Of a stretch of 64,000 bases of DNA, positions 12,859-28,576 are shown in pieces. The position numbers and the translations under genes are program-made. Each line of letters starts with the position of its first letter. The first letter of the stretch is position 1. Under the pieces are notes generated by a model, which was not told the DNA's origin, did not search any database, and saw only the letters and a program-made list of their open reading frames with translations. The stretch spans positions 1,240,001-1,304,000 of the forward strand of contig NW_027117344.1 of NCBI RefSeq assembly GCF_038025025.1. The letters are read 5' to 3'. The stretch comes from Phyllosticta citribraziliensis. Its lineage: Eukaryota.

Positions 12859-13053
12859 TTTGCAAGCACAGAAGGAAGCGTAGACAGAGCAAAAAACGCA
12901 AGCCAGCACACTGAGGTTATTTCACTGGCAACCTGCCTGTGATGTCAGACAGGTCCGTGCGATCGTAACGTCACGCTAAATCAAACCAAGACTAGCGTGC
13001 CAAGCCGTACGCCGACCACTTTCGAAGTTGAAGCTCCGTCTCGACATCTCTGA

Positions 13054-15542
<2,489 letters not shown>

Positions 15543-17687
15543 GTCGGCTCTTGCTTGCCCACCAACAGGTACATTTTCGGCAGAGGGGCTGCGTATTGCT
15601 AAATTCGAGCGGTGGTGTTGGGCCCACGTATTCAAGTGTTTACCCGCAACCAGCCTTGTGCCATTTCAAACAACTCACCAACTGGCAGGCACCAGCGATG
15701 ATCGCCACAGCTTATCGTTGACAGGAAAAGACGCACGTCACATCCAGCCGGAACAGGTCAGAAGAAGAGCGGGTACAAGCTGCTGGTAAAAACCACAACG
15801 GATAGAAAAACAAATGACACTGCCTAGCACAGCGACAATTTGGGGACATTCAATCAGCGCCACACCGTGCCTGGGGAGCGATCAGTCAGCACCACAATTC
15901 CGTCGAGGAAGCGCTCATCCAGCACCGCTGCTACAATCTGGGAGCTGCCTTTTCTTTGGATTGGACACCTATGTACCTGGCGCGGAGCTGATGGTTCTCT
16001 CGGGGCTTGGCGATCCGTAGGCCACCAGTCACCGTGTAGTCTCGGTCTTGGACGACATGCCTGTGTCATCAAATTCTGAGTACAGTAGGTGGAGATGCTC
16101 GGCAGCCATCGACGTAGACGCGGTATCCCTGGTTATCAAGCGCGCCGGCCAGAGATAGGCCGCCGCTAGATGTCCGCAGATTGCGCTTGATTGGCCAGAA
16201 TTTTGCGCATTTTCTTGCACTCCTGTTCGATTGGTACGCCGGTACCAGGGTCTCCCACTCCAGGCCCTGCCTGCACGCATGCATGCGGCAACTGAAGCCA
16301 CCAGGCGCACAGACGGGGAAGAAGCGATTGTTGCGCCTGGTGTCGAGGAATGCCACCGGTATCACGACATGTACGAATACGTCTGCGGCTTTAGAAAACG
16401 TTTTCAGCCACTTTTCTGAGACGGGCGGTCAGCTGCGTGATGGCTGCGGTCGAGTGGCGGGACTTGTTTTCTGGTCTTGTCTCGGCGGCGAGCGCTGAGC
16501 ACTTGGCGCGGGCTTGGAGTCGGATAAGGCCGATAAGAAGCACTTGCCGTGCCGGTTGGCGTAAGCTGCTTTTATGCTGCTGCAACATGTGTACGGAACT
16601 TGGGTATACGACGCTGCGCTACCGAGGCAGATGGAGCGAGAACTGAGCGGTGGTGGTGATTGTGGGGAGAGGTACACTAGTTTCTCCTTCCCAACTGCGT
16701 CCCTGGTATTGTACTAAGGTAGCTTTCAGATTGTATCCAGACAACAGCCACTACCACTTTTTTCTTTACCTCTTCTCTCACCTCATGCGTGCAGTCTCTC
16801 GGCAAATATCGCGTCATTCCTTGTTTAGACACCAGCGCCATCCAGTCCTCTCTTGGCATCGCCGCTGCCGTCCATGTGTATACTCCCACCATCTACTTAC
16901 ACACAGCCTATAACAGCCCTACGCAGGACGAGATCTTCTTGAGCTGGCGAAAACTGCGACGTCTTCGCAGTCAGGCTGTCAGCCCACCATTCAAAACCTG
17001 GCGACTCTGTGTCTCTTGCACACTCATCTCACGCTCGACAGACATATCTAGTGACCAACCAATTTACAGACTCCCCACTCCGACAGTCTGTACACCGTGG
17101 GCGCACGCCCAGAAAAGCACGCCATCCAACCAGCCTCAGAGTGGCGCCGCAGAGAGAAAGAAGAGAAGAACCGGGCCTTTTATCCTCGAGTCGTCGGTCG
17201 ATCATACATAATTGGCTGCTCCTTCCTGCCCTGTCCTGCTGCCGTGCGCACCCCCAGATGGAGTTTGTGCCTCAATTCTTTTGCCTCCTCCTCAAAGCCA
17301 TCCGTTTAGGATAGATACGCGTACCGACAACCATCATCACCAAACCTACGCCGTTGAGGCGCGGGCATTGGAATCTCTATTCCCGAGAGTGAGATACCAA
17401 CTCGCTTCTCCACATCTCCACATACGCACGCGCATCCAACCCATCAGGTCTATCGCAAGTACCAACCAGGTAGATCGGCAGCCTGACGTCTCTGTCCGAA
17501 CCAACTACAGGACGGATCCCCCCCCCACAAAACTTAAAGCAATCAACTTTCCTCATAGTACCTCACGCACCTTGGCTTTCTCGCTCGCTTGATACCGCGG
17601 GATCACCATCACCTGTTTACAAGTTACCGCATACTCACGCGGCTATCACGACTCGCACTTGCGTCCGCCACAGCCACCGTCGCTATC

Positions 17688-20209
17688 ATGGCCTCGACGG
17701 GCGTCGATCTCCCGCCCAAGCGATCGCCATCCTTGGGAGGCGTTCCGGACGACGAAAAGAAAATTGGCGGCGGCATCGCTATCTCGCCGGAGAGCGCATC
17801 GCTGCAGATAGGCGGCTCTGGCGACCATACGCAGCGCAGGCTCAAGCCTAGACACATCCAACTGATTGGGTAAGTCGCGTTGTGTTCCAGAGCTCCCAGT
17901 CCAAATGAAGAAGAGTGTGGAAAAGAAAAGAGACGTCACAGTGGGCACCGAAAGAATATCATATCATGTACTGCGGTTGGATCCAGGAGGCAGTCAGTCA
18001 ACACCAAGGCTGCGCCTAGGGAGCTGGCGTTTCTCTCGACACCCATTGAGACGTCCGCGAGATGAAAAAGGATTGCGACGAGAAGAACGCAGAGAAAGAT
18101 TCAAATTGCTAACGCCTCGATAGCATTGGTGGAACCATTGGTACGGCGCTGTACGTGCAAATCGGCAAAGGACTCATGAACGGAGGTCCCGCGAGCTTGT
18201 TCCTCGCCTTCACAATATGGTACGTTTACTCCAAGGTCGCGGGCTAGCAGATCTACTCCATTGGATGAATTCATGTGGAGAATGCATTCGTCGCGAGGAT
18301 ATGATGACCGCACTAGCCACAATTAGGCAATCATCCAACTCTCCATCCACACGAAAGATCAAAGCCCAAGAAGCTAACCTTTTGAAGGTGCTCGTTTATC
18401 TATTGTGTGACAAGCTCCGTGGCAGAGCTTGTGACTTACCTGCCAATCAGCTCGCCTTTTGTCAGGTTCGCTAGTCGATACGTTGACTCCGCTTTCGGCT
18501 TCGCAGCGGGATGGAACTTTTTCGCTTTCGAAGCCTTATTAGTCCCCTTTGAGGTATGTCGTTGATCTTGTCGCTTGAATGGCCTGTATACTGATCATTC
18601 TTTCAGATTGTGGCCTGTAATTTGATCATTCACTACTGGTCGGACGTAGTGCCTGCTGGTGGTGTCATTGCTATCATCATTGTGCTGTACGGGTACGTGC
18701 CTGGTCGAGTTCCTCTCCTTTGCTCATATTTTGAATGGCGGAGCTGACCAATGGTAGATTTATCAATATTCTGGCTGTCCAATGGTACGGAGAGACCGAG
18801 TTCTGGACCGCTCTATTCAAGGTGCTTCTTGCCATTGGGCTGATTCTTTTCACCTTCATCTCAATGCTCGGCGGCAATCCCCAAGGCGACCGCTATGGCT
18901 TCAGGTAAGTAGAAGACACCACGGTCTTAGCGAGACAAGTCACTGACGTCTTTGTCCCAGGTACTGGCGCGATCCCGGCGCATTCACAACCCTCTACTAC
19001 GATGGAAACTTAGGACGCTTCCTCGGCTTCCTTCAATGCCTGATCCAAGCCTCCTTTGCCATCGCCGGGCCAGACTACGTTAGTATGGCAGCCGGGGAAG
19101 CCGAGAACCCGCGTGTTGTCATGCCGCGGGCGTACAAAGCCGTCTTCTACCGGCTAACGTCCTTCTTCGTGCTGGGCGCCCTCTGCGTCGGCATCAACGT
19201 GCCGTACGATGACCCGGAAATGAAGGCGGCCTTCACCAATGGCGAGCCCGGCGCCGCCGCGTCGCCCTACGTCGTGGCCATGAACCGCCTCGGCATCAAG
19301 GTGCTCCCCGACATTGTCAACGCCATGGTGCTGACGGCGGCTTTCTCCGCCGGCAACAGCTACGTCTACTGCGCGTCGCGTTCGCTGTACGGCATGTCGC
19401 TCGAGGGCAAGGCGCCCAAGTTCTTGCGCAAGTGCACACGCAACGGAGTTCCGATTTACTGCGTCTTGGTCGTGCTGGCCATTTCGCTCCTGTCGTTTCT
19501 ACAGGTGACTAACAAGACGGCAGAGGTGCTGCAGTGAGTTCCCCTTTTGACCTTGGCTTTAAATGCTGCTGACATTGATGGGCGCAGGTGGTTCATCAAC
19601 CTGATCACTGCTAGCCAGCTGATAAACTTCTCCGTCATGTGTGCCACGTACCTCTGCTTTAGACGCGCGCTTCAGAAGCAGGGCATCAGCAGAGACAGTC
19701 TCCCGTACAAGGGGTGGGGCCAGCCGTATGTCGCTTACTACGGCTTTGCCGGTACCTTTGTCATGACGTTCGTGGGGGGCTACACGGTATTCCTGCCCGG
19801 CCAGTGGGACACCACCTCATTCTTCTTCTCGTAAGTGTCGACTCGAATCCACCAATGTTGGGTTGCGCCTTTGGACTGACGGACGGCGCGGCAGCTACAC
19901 CATGGTGGGCGTGTTTCCCCTGCTCTACATCGGCTGGAAACTGTTCCACAAGACGACCTTCATCAAGAGCGAAGACGTCGATCTGTTTGAGAATCTGGAC
20001 GAGATTGAAGAGTACCATCGAAATTATGTGGAGACGCCGCCAAAGTGAGTTTGGTCCCCTTGATCGATGCGCTCTAGTGCGGTGCTGCGTTAGCACCGTA
20101 CATGCACGTAGTTGGGCGCAACTGCCGAAGTACCGCTACGTAATCTAGTGCTGACCCGTTTTGTTCTAGGAACGCGTTCGACAAGTGGTTCAACTGGCTC
20201 TTCAGCTGA
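17688..20209 (+). CDS. Amino-acid permease (YAT/APC family, AGP2-like)
   Basis: RRLKPRHIQLIG|IGGTIGTALYVQIG, YGETEFW, AGEAENPR, LTAAFSAGNSYVYCASRSLYGMSLEGKAPKFL, LPYKGWGQPY; about 8 GT-AG introns; ends NAFDKWFNWLFS*. Confidence 0.93.
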
Positions 20210-20819
20210 AACCAACCAATGGGACGCCGCGACTATTATAGATGCTTTCTTTGGTCGGTCGCATGGGAGACGGCGGGCCGCCCTCGCGCGTGCGGCGCGC
20301 AGAAGCGCCATCGGCGCTCTTGTTTGGGTCGTCATGCGGCTGCAGGCATACCTTATGCTTTTTTGGCAGCGCTCCTAAAGACGCCCATAACGCCGTCGCA
20401 GTGCCTTGGTAAGAAACTCTTTTATTCGGGATCGGCGGCGGGGGATATTTTTGGGTTTGGCGAGCGCGCCGTGGAGGTGGTGGGAGAGGCTGCAATGCAA
20501 CAGCGGTTGGATTCTCCTAAATGACCCAATAAAATAGATGATTTCACATTTTCCTCGCCGTGGATTCCCACGATTGGCCATTGGTGGGACGATTTTGGAT
20601 TTTCCAGATCGCTGGGTTGTGTTGTGTCTTGTGGTTGTGCCGCGGTCAGACAGCCGCAACAAGCATTGCGCAACAAATGGCGTCACACACGAGTCGTGGT
20701 TGTTTCTAAATGGCCTTTTGCACCGCAATGTAAATGATACCCTCTGGCACGGCTGCAGCGTAGAGAGCAGCCGTCTACTACTACAGTCACGGAGCATTCG
20801 TCTGCTACCATAGTCACGC

Positions 20820-21639
20820 CTAGGGAGCATCCGTTCGCCCCTGCAGATTGACCTGGGGTATCATTGATTTCGACATAAACAGTGCGGGTGTGAGGGGGGC
20901 TGGCCCTGGCATCCTTCTTTCTACCATCGCTCCACCTTTTCCCACATATCGACCACACTGATGCCGACTCAGCTCCGGTGATAATTCTGCATTGGAAAGA
21001 CCCACCTTGCGGTGCTGTGCATATAGGGCGTCCATCTGCCGAGGCGGTTCGTCTTCTTCTTCCTTCTTGGAGAAGAGTGTTTTGTGCTTCAACGACATCA
21101 TAAAAGACGCCGCCTTCCATGGTGCACTGAGCTGGCAAACCCTTGAATCAGAGTTTCCACTCACTTGTCCGCGATTTCTTCCTCATCCTGGGCCTCCTCC
21201 TCCTCCTGGGATTCCGTTGTGTCGACGTTGTTGAGCCTCTTCCTTCTGTCTTGGGTGGCGGTGATGCTCCCTGGCAATTGTCTACCCCAGGAGAACCGCT
21301 CTTCTGCACAAACGAGCTTTCGCCGTCCTTGTGTGCTGATGCGTTGTTCGCGGGCTGAGCTTCTTGATGGTGTCGAGGAGTGTCAGTCGTCGCTGTGGAT
21401 CTTGGTTCCTGCTCTCTATGCTCGTGCGAGTCTGCGCCATACTGGTTTGCCAACGTGCTCTCGACACGATTTTCCTCTTGACCGCCTTGAGTCTCTGGTG
21501 TTCTACCAGCGTCCTGTTCCCCTTGCCCGCTCTGCTCATCTGAGCATTTGTTTTAACCGAGAGATCTCCATCCTGATACATCGAAGAGACTCGATTGTCC
21601 TCGCTCTCTCTCATTTGGAATCTTTGATCTTGGTGGCAT
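20820..21639 (-). CDS. Possible multi-exon orphan gene (unresolved)
   Basis: ATG 21639 (MPPRSKIPNER); donor-like GTATCA, GTGAGT and GTGGGT sites; charged protein-like segments (TTESQEEEEAQDEEEIADK; FSKKEEEDEPPRQMDALYAQHRK). I could not build a single clean spliced frame. Confidence 0.25.
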
Positions 21640-24600
21640 GAATTGAGCCGGGAGAGTGGGCGTTAATCAGGGAGACGACGTAGTTGAGTGCCAGTGGTTG
21701 TGGTCTGTACGTGAGAGACTGTACTGCAATTGGAGGGCACGATCGTAGGGAACAACAACAGCATTACCGTCGGGTAGGTCATCAAGACTGGTAGAGTAAA
21801 CAGTCTCCGTTGTCACTATCCTGGTGAGTAAGCAACGGTAGTTTTTCTTGGTCGACCATGCTCTTGCAAGCGTATCCTGAATCAGTAGTGAAGCAAGCAA
21901 TGCTATGGCAGGGGCAGAAACGAAACTACGGCTGTAGCATCCGCATAATATCCACTGCAGACTGGCTCGACGCATCTCTTCTTTGGTAGATCCTTTACGC
22001 CGACATTCCTTTCCAGTATTCCTTTCTTCAGTCGCAGGGAGTCGGGGTCTTATCACCGGGAAAATGGGCATGTACAGCTGTTCTATCGAACTCAGTCCAA
22101 GTGTTCACGGACTACCACATTTGCGCCAGGGAGCTGTAGTCTGCTCTGCAGCTAAAGCTAGAGGGCATCATTTCTTTCGAGACCCATGGTGGCACGGCAA
22201 CGCCGGGGACGATGAGGGGAGCCGCGTGAGAGGTTGACTTTCTCATCCAGGTGTGGTGGTAACGAAACGCTTCGTCCTCCGTCCGTGAAGTCCGAGAAGC
22301 CTTCACGAATGGCCTGTTTGAATGATCGAACCCACAGCGAGCGAGCACGGTGGACGACAAGGGTCGGGGCGTATGTGGCGCTCACAGCGGGCCGGCGGAG
22401 CAAGAAGGAGAGGCGCGGAGGGGCGGCGGTGGGCAGCAGAGAAGAAATGAGAGGAGCGGGGATCAGAAAAAATCCGAGTGTCTGAGAAGATGACGATGGC
22501 CGAAATTTTGATGGTTTAGGCTTGCCACGGGCAGGGCAGGGCGAGAGGACGGGGAAAAAGAGGAACCGCTGCGACGATCCGCAACTTCAAACGTCTGCCA
22601 AAAGTGTGGCTGCTGGGCGACAGCCATGGGGGGGACAAAGGCGCGGGTGCCAGGGCTGCAGCTGTGTGTTTGACATCCCAGCGGGCCGGCGTCGCTGACG
22701 ACGGTGGTGGTGTTTGGTGGAGGTGTTTGGTGGAGGTGGTCGGGTGGTGGTCGATGTCAGGACGCTACCTATGTATGTAGCTAGTGTAGCTTGCGCGCCG
22801 CGCGCGAGACGCGTCGTCCTTGTCCGGCTCCGTAAGCGTCATGCCATTCATGGCTGAGACGAGACGCCCGCCGCCCTCAGTCTCACTTCGCTCTCTGTCT
22901 CTTCCTCTTCCGCTTCCTCTCTCTCTCTTGTTCTCCCTCAGACAACACGCCGCCGCCATGGCCGTTGAGCCCCTGGCCCACCCCCGGCTGCTCCGCTAAG
23001 CCTGTTCAAGCCCCGTGGCAGCGGCAGGTCGCCTGCTTCTTCTCTCGCCTGCCCCGCTGCTCAACACAGTTTGGTGGCTCCGACGTGCTGCTGAACTATC
23101 GCGGGCAGCTTCGCAGCGGGGGACGGGCCAAGGTGGCCAAAAAAGCTAACGCCCTACACTACTTATCAGACTTCCTGCGGGCCAAGATGCCCAACTATGC
23201 ACTCTTTTTTGGTTCTCCACCAAACGACAAGGGTTGGGCGGTGCTGTTTTTAGCATCAACGGGTGCGAAGGCCTGTTGTCGTCATGGGCGGCGAGCGGGC
23301 CAGTTGAGACGAATGGCGGTGCGGTATATCGACATTGACCTGTGCCACGGAAGAAGTCAGAGGTCACGCCCGTTTGCAGGACGGGACCCGACTGCAGTCA
23401 GTACTGAACTACCACCTTGTCGCCGTCATGTCGTGTGCCACACCTCTCACGCAACCCGTGTTTTGCACCACAGGCCGCCGGCCGTCATTCAGACATGTCT
23501 GCTGCCGTCTTTTCCCCCACGCAAAACACGACCAGAGACCAACATTGAAGCAATCGAGGCTGCTGCAAGGAGGGCAACGGAAATGGCAATGACAGGTCAA
23601 ACATCATGTCGTGGTCAGACATGGTGAGAGCAGGGGAAAAGCTCGACCTCTCCCCAACCACGCCGCCTCATCTTCTGCACGCCACACACGGCACCAAGTC
23701 AACAAGTTCAAACGTCGTCGGGTCGTGGGATGCACTTCCGGTTTGCTGCGCGGAAGACGGAGCGCATGAATGGGTGGAGTTCGGGACGCCGTCCCGCCGT
23801 CGCCGCCCATCGACGACTGGACTAGACACCAACCCAAACCTTGGAAACACACTGCTGCACTCTCTGCTGCTTGGGCCCTCTTGCGACGCAACGGGCCACC
23901 AAGCTGCACGGCTGCCCTGCCCTGCTGCTTTGCTGGCTGCATCTCCTCTCTTCCGCGCCTGGGCAAAATGGCCTCTGCTGGCCTTTTTGCATTGTGCGCC
24001 ATGCTGCTTTGCGTCCGCCGACGAAGAGCTCTTGGTCCATGATTTGCGCGCGAGCACGCATCCCTTTCCAATCCCGGCTTCTCCGTCGTGTTTGATCCAT
24101 GTTCGCCCGGTGGAACTTGCGCTGCTGGCCATGGTCCTTCGCGGACCCTGTTGCTGGCGTCGTTGTTGTTGATCTGACAAGGGGAGAGCGAAAGGGAGGG
24201 GGCCAAAATCTGTCTGTATGCACATGCCCGTTTGGATCGTGATCCCCGCAGACCGATTCCGTCAGATACGCGAGCAGAAAAAAAGCAAACAAAGGTGGGT
24301 GTGGGTGGGTTGTTGCGAATGCTTTGCTTTTTCTCGCCGTCTCACTACTCTATTTCGACCGCACCTTCTCTTCTCGATTCATCCACTGTTTGGGCGGTGA
24401 TACCAGACAGCAGACAGCATCATGGAAATGACAGGTGGACAGGAGAACATCTGCGAAAGACACCAACGTCTGCCATGTTTTCCCAGGTGCCCACCGTCTT
24501 CTATCCTTCTATCCCTTTCTCGTTCTATTATGGAAATTCCTTGCGGCTCGTTGGTTCCTCTCCACTGCCCGAAATGCGGGCGGAAAGAATATGACGCTGT

Positions 24601-25024
24601 CTCTCTACCACGTCGATTTTCCTTGTCAAATCATCTGCTTTCTCCCGACATCTCCCATGAGCCAGAAAGACGAGAGCAAACAGAAATGTCTGACTTTCGC
24701 TGTCAAAGGGCATGCGGATACTTGGCAAGAGATGCCTCGCTGTATATCAAGGCTTCGCCGGCTGGAAATGACGCTCCCTGGTAGTCGTACTTACTTCGGC
24801 GACCCTTCTCCTCGATACGCTGAACACCGCCACGTTAGCAATTCGCTTTGTGCATTCTCCTTCCACGTCTCGAAGACATTCGTCTACAGCTCTGCATCGT
24901 CATGTGGATACAACGTGTACAAAAAGCGACCAGCGCAACAATGGCCTTGTTCGCTCTGCTCGCCAGTATAAAATTTCTCAGCCTCCCATCCAAGGATCAT
25001 TTTCCTCACCACAGCTCTGACAAC

Positions 25025-25396
25025 ATGGCTAACAACAACATCCACAAAACCAAGCACGAGGACGACTTCGATCTCGTGACGAACCAGGAGGTCCAAGAGA
25101 TTCGGCAGCAGCAAACCGCCCGCGCGGTGTTGGGAATCCGTCCCACCGCCGCCGGGGCCCGATCTTCGAGCAACCGCTTTCTGAAGAAAGCCTTGCGCTC
25201 TGTGGGGTCAACTATGGCTAGCGGTGCAAAGAAGGTGGTCCAGAAGATGGCCGACGGCAAGAAGTCTCCGCAGGACCCGACGCCCGAGCAGGCTCTCTGT
25301 CCTTGTTTGGCTGACCCGGTCAACGGGTGGATGTCATGCAAGATTTACGAGCACGTCCGTGCCAAGCTGAAGAAGAAGGGCATTGTCGCGGCTTAG
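25025..25396 (+). CDS. Orphan microprotein family A, copy 1 (AIM-like DDFDLV + CPC..GW..C..H)
   Basis: TATAAAA at ~24967, caacATG; MANNNIHKTKHEDDFDLVTNQEVQEIR...QDPTPEQALCPCLADPVNGWMSCKIYEHVRAKLKK; paralogous motifs at 28.6 and 30.0 kb. Confidence 0.75.
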   Translation: MANNNIHKTKHEDDFDLVTNQEVQEIRQQQTARAVLGIRPTAAGARSSSNRFLKKALRSVGSTMASGAKKVVQKMADGKKSPQDPTPEQALCPCLADPVNGWMSCKIYEHVRAKLKKKGIVAA

Positions 25397-26101
25397 GCGC
25401 CTTGCCCGCCTGCCTGCCTGCCTGCTGCTGCTGCTGCTGCTGTGGTGGACATGTCAGTCAAGAGCACTTGGGCCACGCTCCGAGCGAGTGAAAGTGGCCT
25501 CTGTTCCAAATTCTGGGACAGCCGTTACTAGGTAAGTTAAACAATGCTGATTCTCTGACGAATTCCGTGCTTCAGACTCCTTTGTGTATGTGACGAGATT
25601 TCCTGAACTGACAACATTTGTGGTTTCGTAGCTCACGGTGATGACTCCTTCCAACCGAAAGACGGGCAACAAAATGGTCAGCCGACTGCCTGCTCACTGT
25701 ATAAACCATGGACCGGTCCTATCAACTGCAAACGGATTTGATGGTCCCTGACGCACTCGATACGCTCGACTTGCGCCTGTTGTCAACCAATGTCACCGCG
25801 CCACCACGCTCTCAGATGCAACCCCGAGGCGCTTGAACGCTCCGATCCGTACAGCGACAGGGTACTGTACGCGCTGGACGGACAACGCATATGCTTCGAT
25901 CTCCAAAGCGGGCTGTGCCCATCGCTCCATCCATTGTTCGACAATATGGACTTTGTCAGACGCCATTGTTCACTAACGACTTGCATTATATATCGCAACC
26001 GTCAGAAAAAGCAACGAGGAACGATGTCCTTGTATACTCCAAATTCCGGTATATATCCTTGTGGGCTCCGCTCTATATTTTCCGTACCAAACACAGCAAA
26101 G

Positions 26102-26284
26102 ATGCCTTCCCAGGACAAGCCCCTCCAAAACGACAAGCAGCCGGTCAAGATTGACCAGGACGCCTATCAGATTGTCATGCCCCCCGGAACCAGTCCCGCC
26201 CCGAAGACTTCCAGCAGTCTCACGATGTTCAACATGAAGGTCAAAGCGAAGAAGTTGATTCGAAAGCTCAAGGGACAGACCTGA
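26102..26284 (+). CDS. Orphan microprotein family B, copy 1 (60 aa)
   Basis: TATATA at ~26050; MPSQDKPLQNDKQPVKIDQDAYQIVM...MFNMKVKAKKLIRKLKGQT*; aligns with the copies at 27178 and 27691. Confidence 0.7.
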   Translation: MPSQDKPLQNDKQPVKIDQDAYQIVMPPGTSPAPKTSSSLTMFNMKVKAKKLIRKLKGQT

Positions 26285-26520
26285 AATCATGTGGTAGCCG
26301 GCCGTCGAGAGGGCTCTTTGCATGATTGTGACGGGTGAGGTGGATGGGGTGTGCGGGAGAAGGACCAGTCAAAATTCAGCCTGGACTTGTCATGAGTGGC
26401 TCAATTTGGTCCTTCTCCCCAACAAGGGGTGAGTTAATCAAATCCATTCCCACAGATTCAGAGTGTTCTTCCATATCCGTGATCAGTGATTCTTGTCCAA
26501 GCATCGCTAACGTAACTTTC

Positions 26521-26721
26521 CACAGCAAGGACAACGAGATCGAGAAGACGTCCCAGAGCGTGCTCATCGACGACGAGGAGCAATGACACGACAATTTCGA
26601 GATTGTCATGAACCAAGAGGCCGAGTCCACGCGGGACCGCAAGGCCAATGTCAAAGTCAAGACCAAGAGGGCGCTTGGTTCCACCGCAAACACGGTGGAG
26701 GTGCTGAAGAAGTCGACTTGA
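26521..26721 (+). pseudogene. Family B copy 2, disrupted
   Basis: HSKDNEIEKTSQSVLIDDEEQ*HDNFEIVMNQEAESTRDRKANVKVKTKRAL: in-frame TGA at 26584-26586, no ATG at the homologous start, same 3' flank as the other copies. Confidence 0.7.
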
Positions 26722-27177
26722 GCCCCTGTGGAAGCTGACCACCTGGCAGGCTCTTTACAGGGGGTATTACGGCTGGAATGTCTGCAGCGGCGTGGGAGAG
26801 GGATCATTCAAGCACTTGAGCCGCCGGAACTCATTACGACTGGCTCAAAATGGCCCATCTCCTGTATATTTCTGCAATTTAAGGAGGCGCAGGCCGCTCA
26901 CCAAAGGATGGACAGTCGAAAAATGGCCGTGTTCGCTCCGCTTTCCAGTATATAACTCCGCGGTCTCCCCCTTATATTTTCCTGGCCAAGCACCACCACT
27001 GAGATGTCTAGGAAGATGAGGATGGGGAGGATGAGGATTGGGTCGTTATTCCAAAAATCAAGAAATCGCTTTACCAGCTCCTGCGCGATGGCAGTGGTCG
27101 GCATTCCTCACCGCCGCCGCATGTCCGTCCACACTGCGACCTTACGAGTCAAAACGGTGCCGACGCCAGCCGCTGAT

Positions 27178-27573
27178 ATGGCCTCTCCGAACATGAAAAT
27201 GCTCAAAGACGACAAGAAACGTGTGGAAGTCGGCCAGGGCACATTCGAGGTCGTCATGAACCAGGACTCCCGGGCTACTCAGGACAGAAATTCCGCCAAG
27301 CCAACTGCTGGAGTCGTCCGGGATCTTCTGGTATTTAACTTGAAGGTCAAAGCAAAGAGAACCCTCCGCTTGCTGAAAAAGCAGTACAGGCCCTCACTTA
27401 GCCTGAACTCTTGTGAGAACTCGCCTTTTGGAAGGCTCTTTGCAGGGGTTGAGACGGCCAAGAGAGACGCGGTTACGGAGGTGTGGGAGAGGACTGGTCA
27501 AGAAATTCTGGCGCCCGATAATCAGCACGAGTGGCTCAATGTGGTTTCTCTCCCGCCTACTTTTACAACTTGA
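27178..27573 (+). CDS. Family B copy 3, with C-terminal extension from stop loss
   Basis: MASPNMKMLKDDKKRVEVGQGTFEVVMNQDSRATQDRNSAKPTAGVVRDLLVFNLKVKAKRTLRLLKKQY...; CAG TAC where copy 4 has CAG TAG. Confidence 0.65.
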   Translation: MASPNMKMLKDDKKRVEVGQGTFEVVMNQDSRATQDRNSAKPTAGVVRDLLVFNLKVKAKRTLRLLKKQYRPSLSLNSCENSPFGRLFAGVETAKRDAVTEVWERTGQEILAPDNQHEWLNVVSLPPTFTT

Positions 27574-27690
27574 AGGACGTCCAGGCCGCCCATGGAAAGA
27601 TGAGTAGACTAGAAAGTGGCTAGTTCGCGATGCTCTCCGATATATAATTCCTTCGCCTCCTCCTAATATTTTCTATCCACCACCGCTACA

Positions 27691-27912
27691 ATGGCTTCCA
27701 AGAACACGAACAACGACGCAGCCATGCTAAAAAATGACAAGAAAGCGTTCCAGATCGACAAGGAAGCTTTCGAGATCGTCATGAACGACGAACCACAGAA
27801 GACTCGGGACCGCAAGGCCCGCAAGCCAGATGCCGGAGTTTCTAGGGAGCTCGCCATCTTCGGCCTCAAGGTCAGGGCCAAAAAGATTCTACGCTCGCTC
27901 GGAAAGCAGTAG
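27691..27912 (+). CDS. Family B copy 4 (73 aa)
   Basis: TATATAA at ~27641, ctacaATG; MASKNTNNDAAMLKNDKKAFQIDKEAFEIVMNDEPQKTRDRKARKPDAGVSRELAIFGLKVRAKKILRSLGKQ*. Confidence 0.75.
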   Translation: MASKNTNNDAAMLKNDKKAFQIDKEAFEIVMNDEPQKTRDRKARKPDAGVSRELAIFGLKVRAKKILRSLGKQ

Positions 27913-28576
27913 AAAGGTTCAAACATGACTTGGAACCCTGCAAGAGCTGACCGTTTGACTGGCTCTTTGCAGCTGTTGTGGACGGCTGGGTTGCTTCCGG
28001 TGCGGAGAGGGGCCAGTCCTGAATTTCGGCCGCCGGAAACTCATCACGAGCGGCTCAATACGGTCCCTTTCCAGAGATGTGCCAGGTTAGTCAATTCAAT
28101 CAATCCTTTTCCCAGAAACTCCGAATGTCTTTCAGTATTTCTGAGGGATGAAACGAATGAAGTGGCGCTGTGGCTAGCATTTGGGGACAGCCACATGACC
28201 GAGAAACCCTGCTAAGTACATATTTCGATCATGATAAGCAACACTTGAAAGAAGTGGAGCTTCAATACTCTGATCTATGCCACGAACACCAACACATCCA
28301 GCAATGACACGAAAAGAACTTCAGTTTGGTTTGGCTGACAAGCCATGGGCAGTCCCGCGAACATTGTTCAGAAATGTTGACCTTGTTGATTCCAGAGACT
28401 TCCCTTCTCTCAGACTTCATGGTCAAGCGGCATCAGCATTGTTGATGTAGACTGGCACGGTCAAGCTACATTTGAAGCGTCAAGCAGCGCACAATGGGCT
28501 TGTTTGCTTCGCAAGTTTGCCTTATATTCCGTCGCTGTCGAGCCTTTTGGTCACCTTTCTATTTAGCAAGACCACC

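Noticed and set aside
22300..24400. ORFs 22965-23627, 23606-24172, 23604-24206
   Set aside because: Arg/Pro/Ala/Cys-rich composition typical of GC-rich non-coding DNA, overlapping on both strands, no motifs
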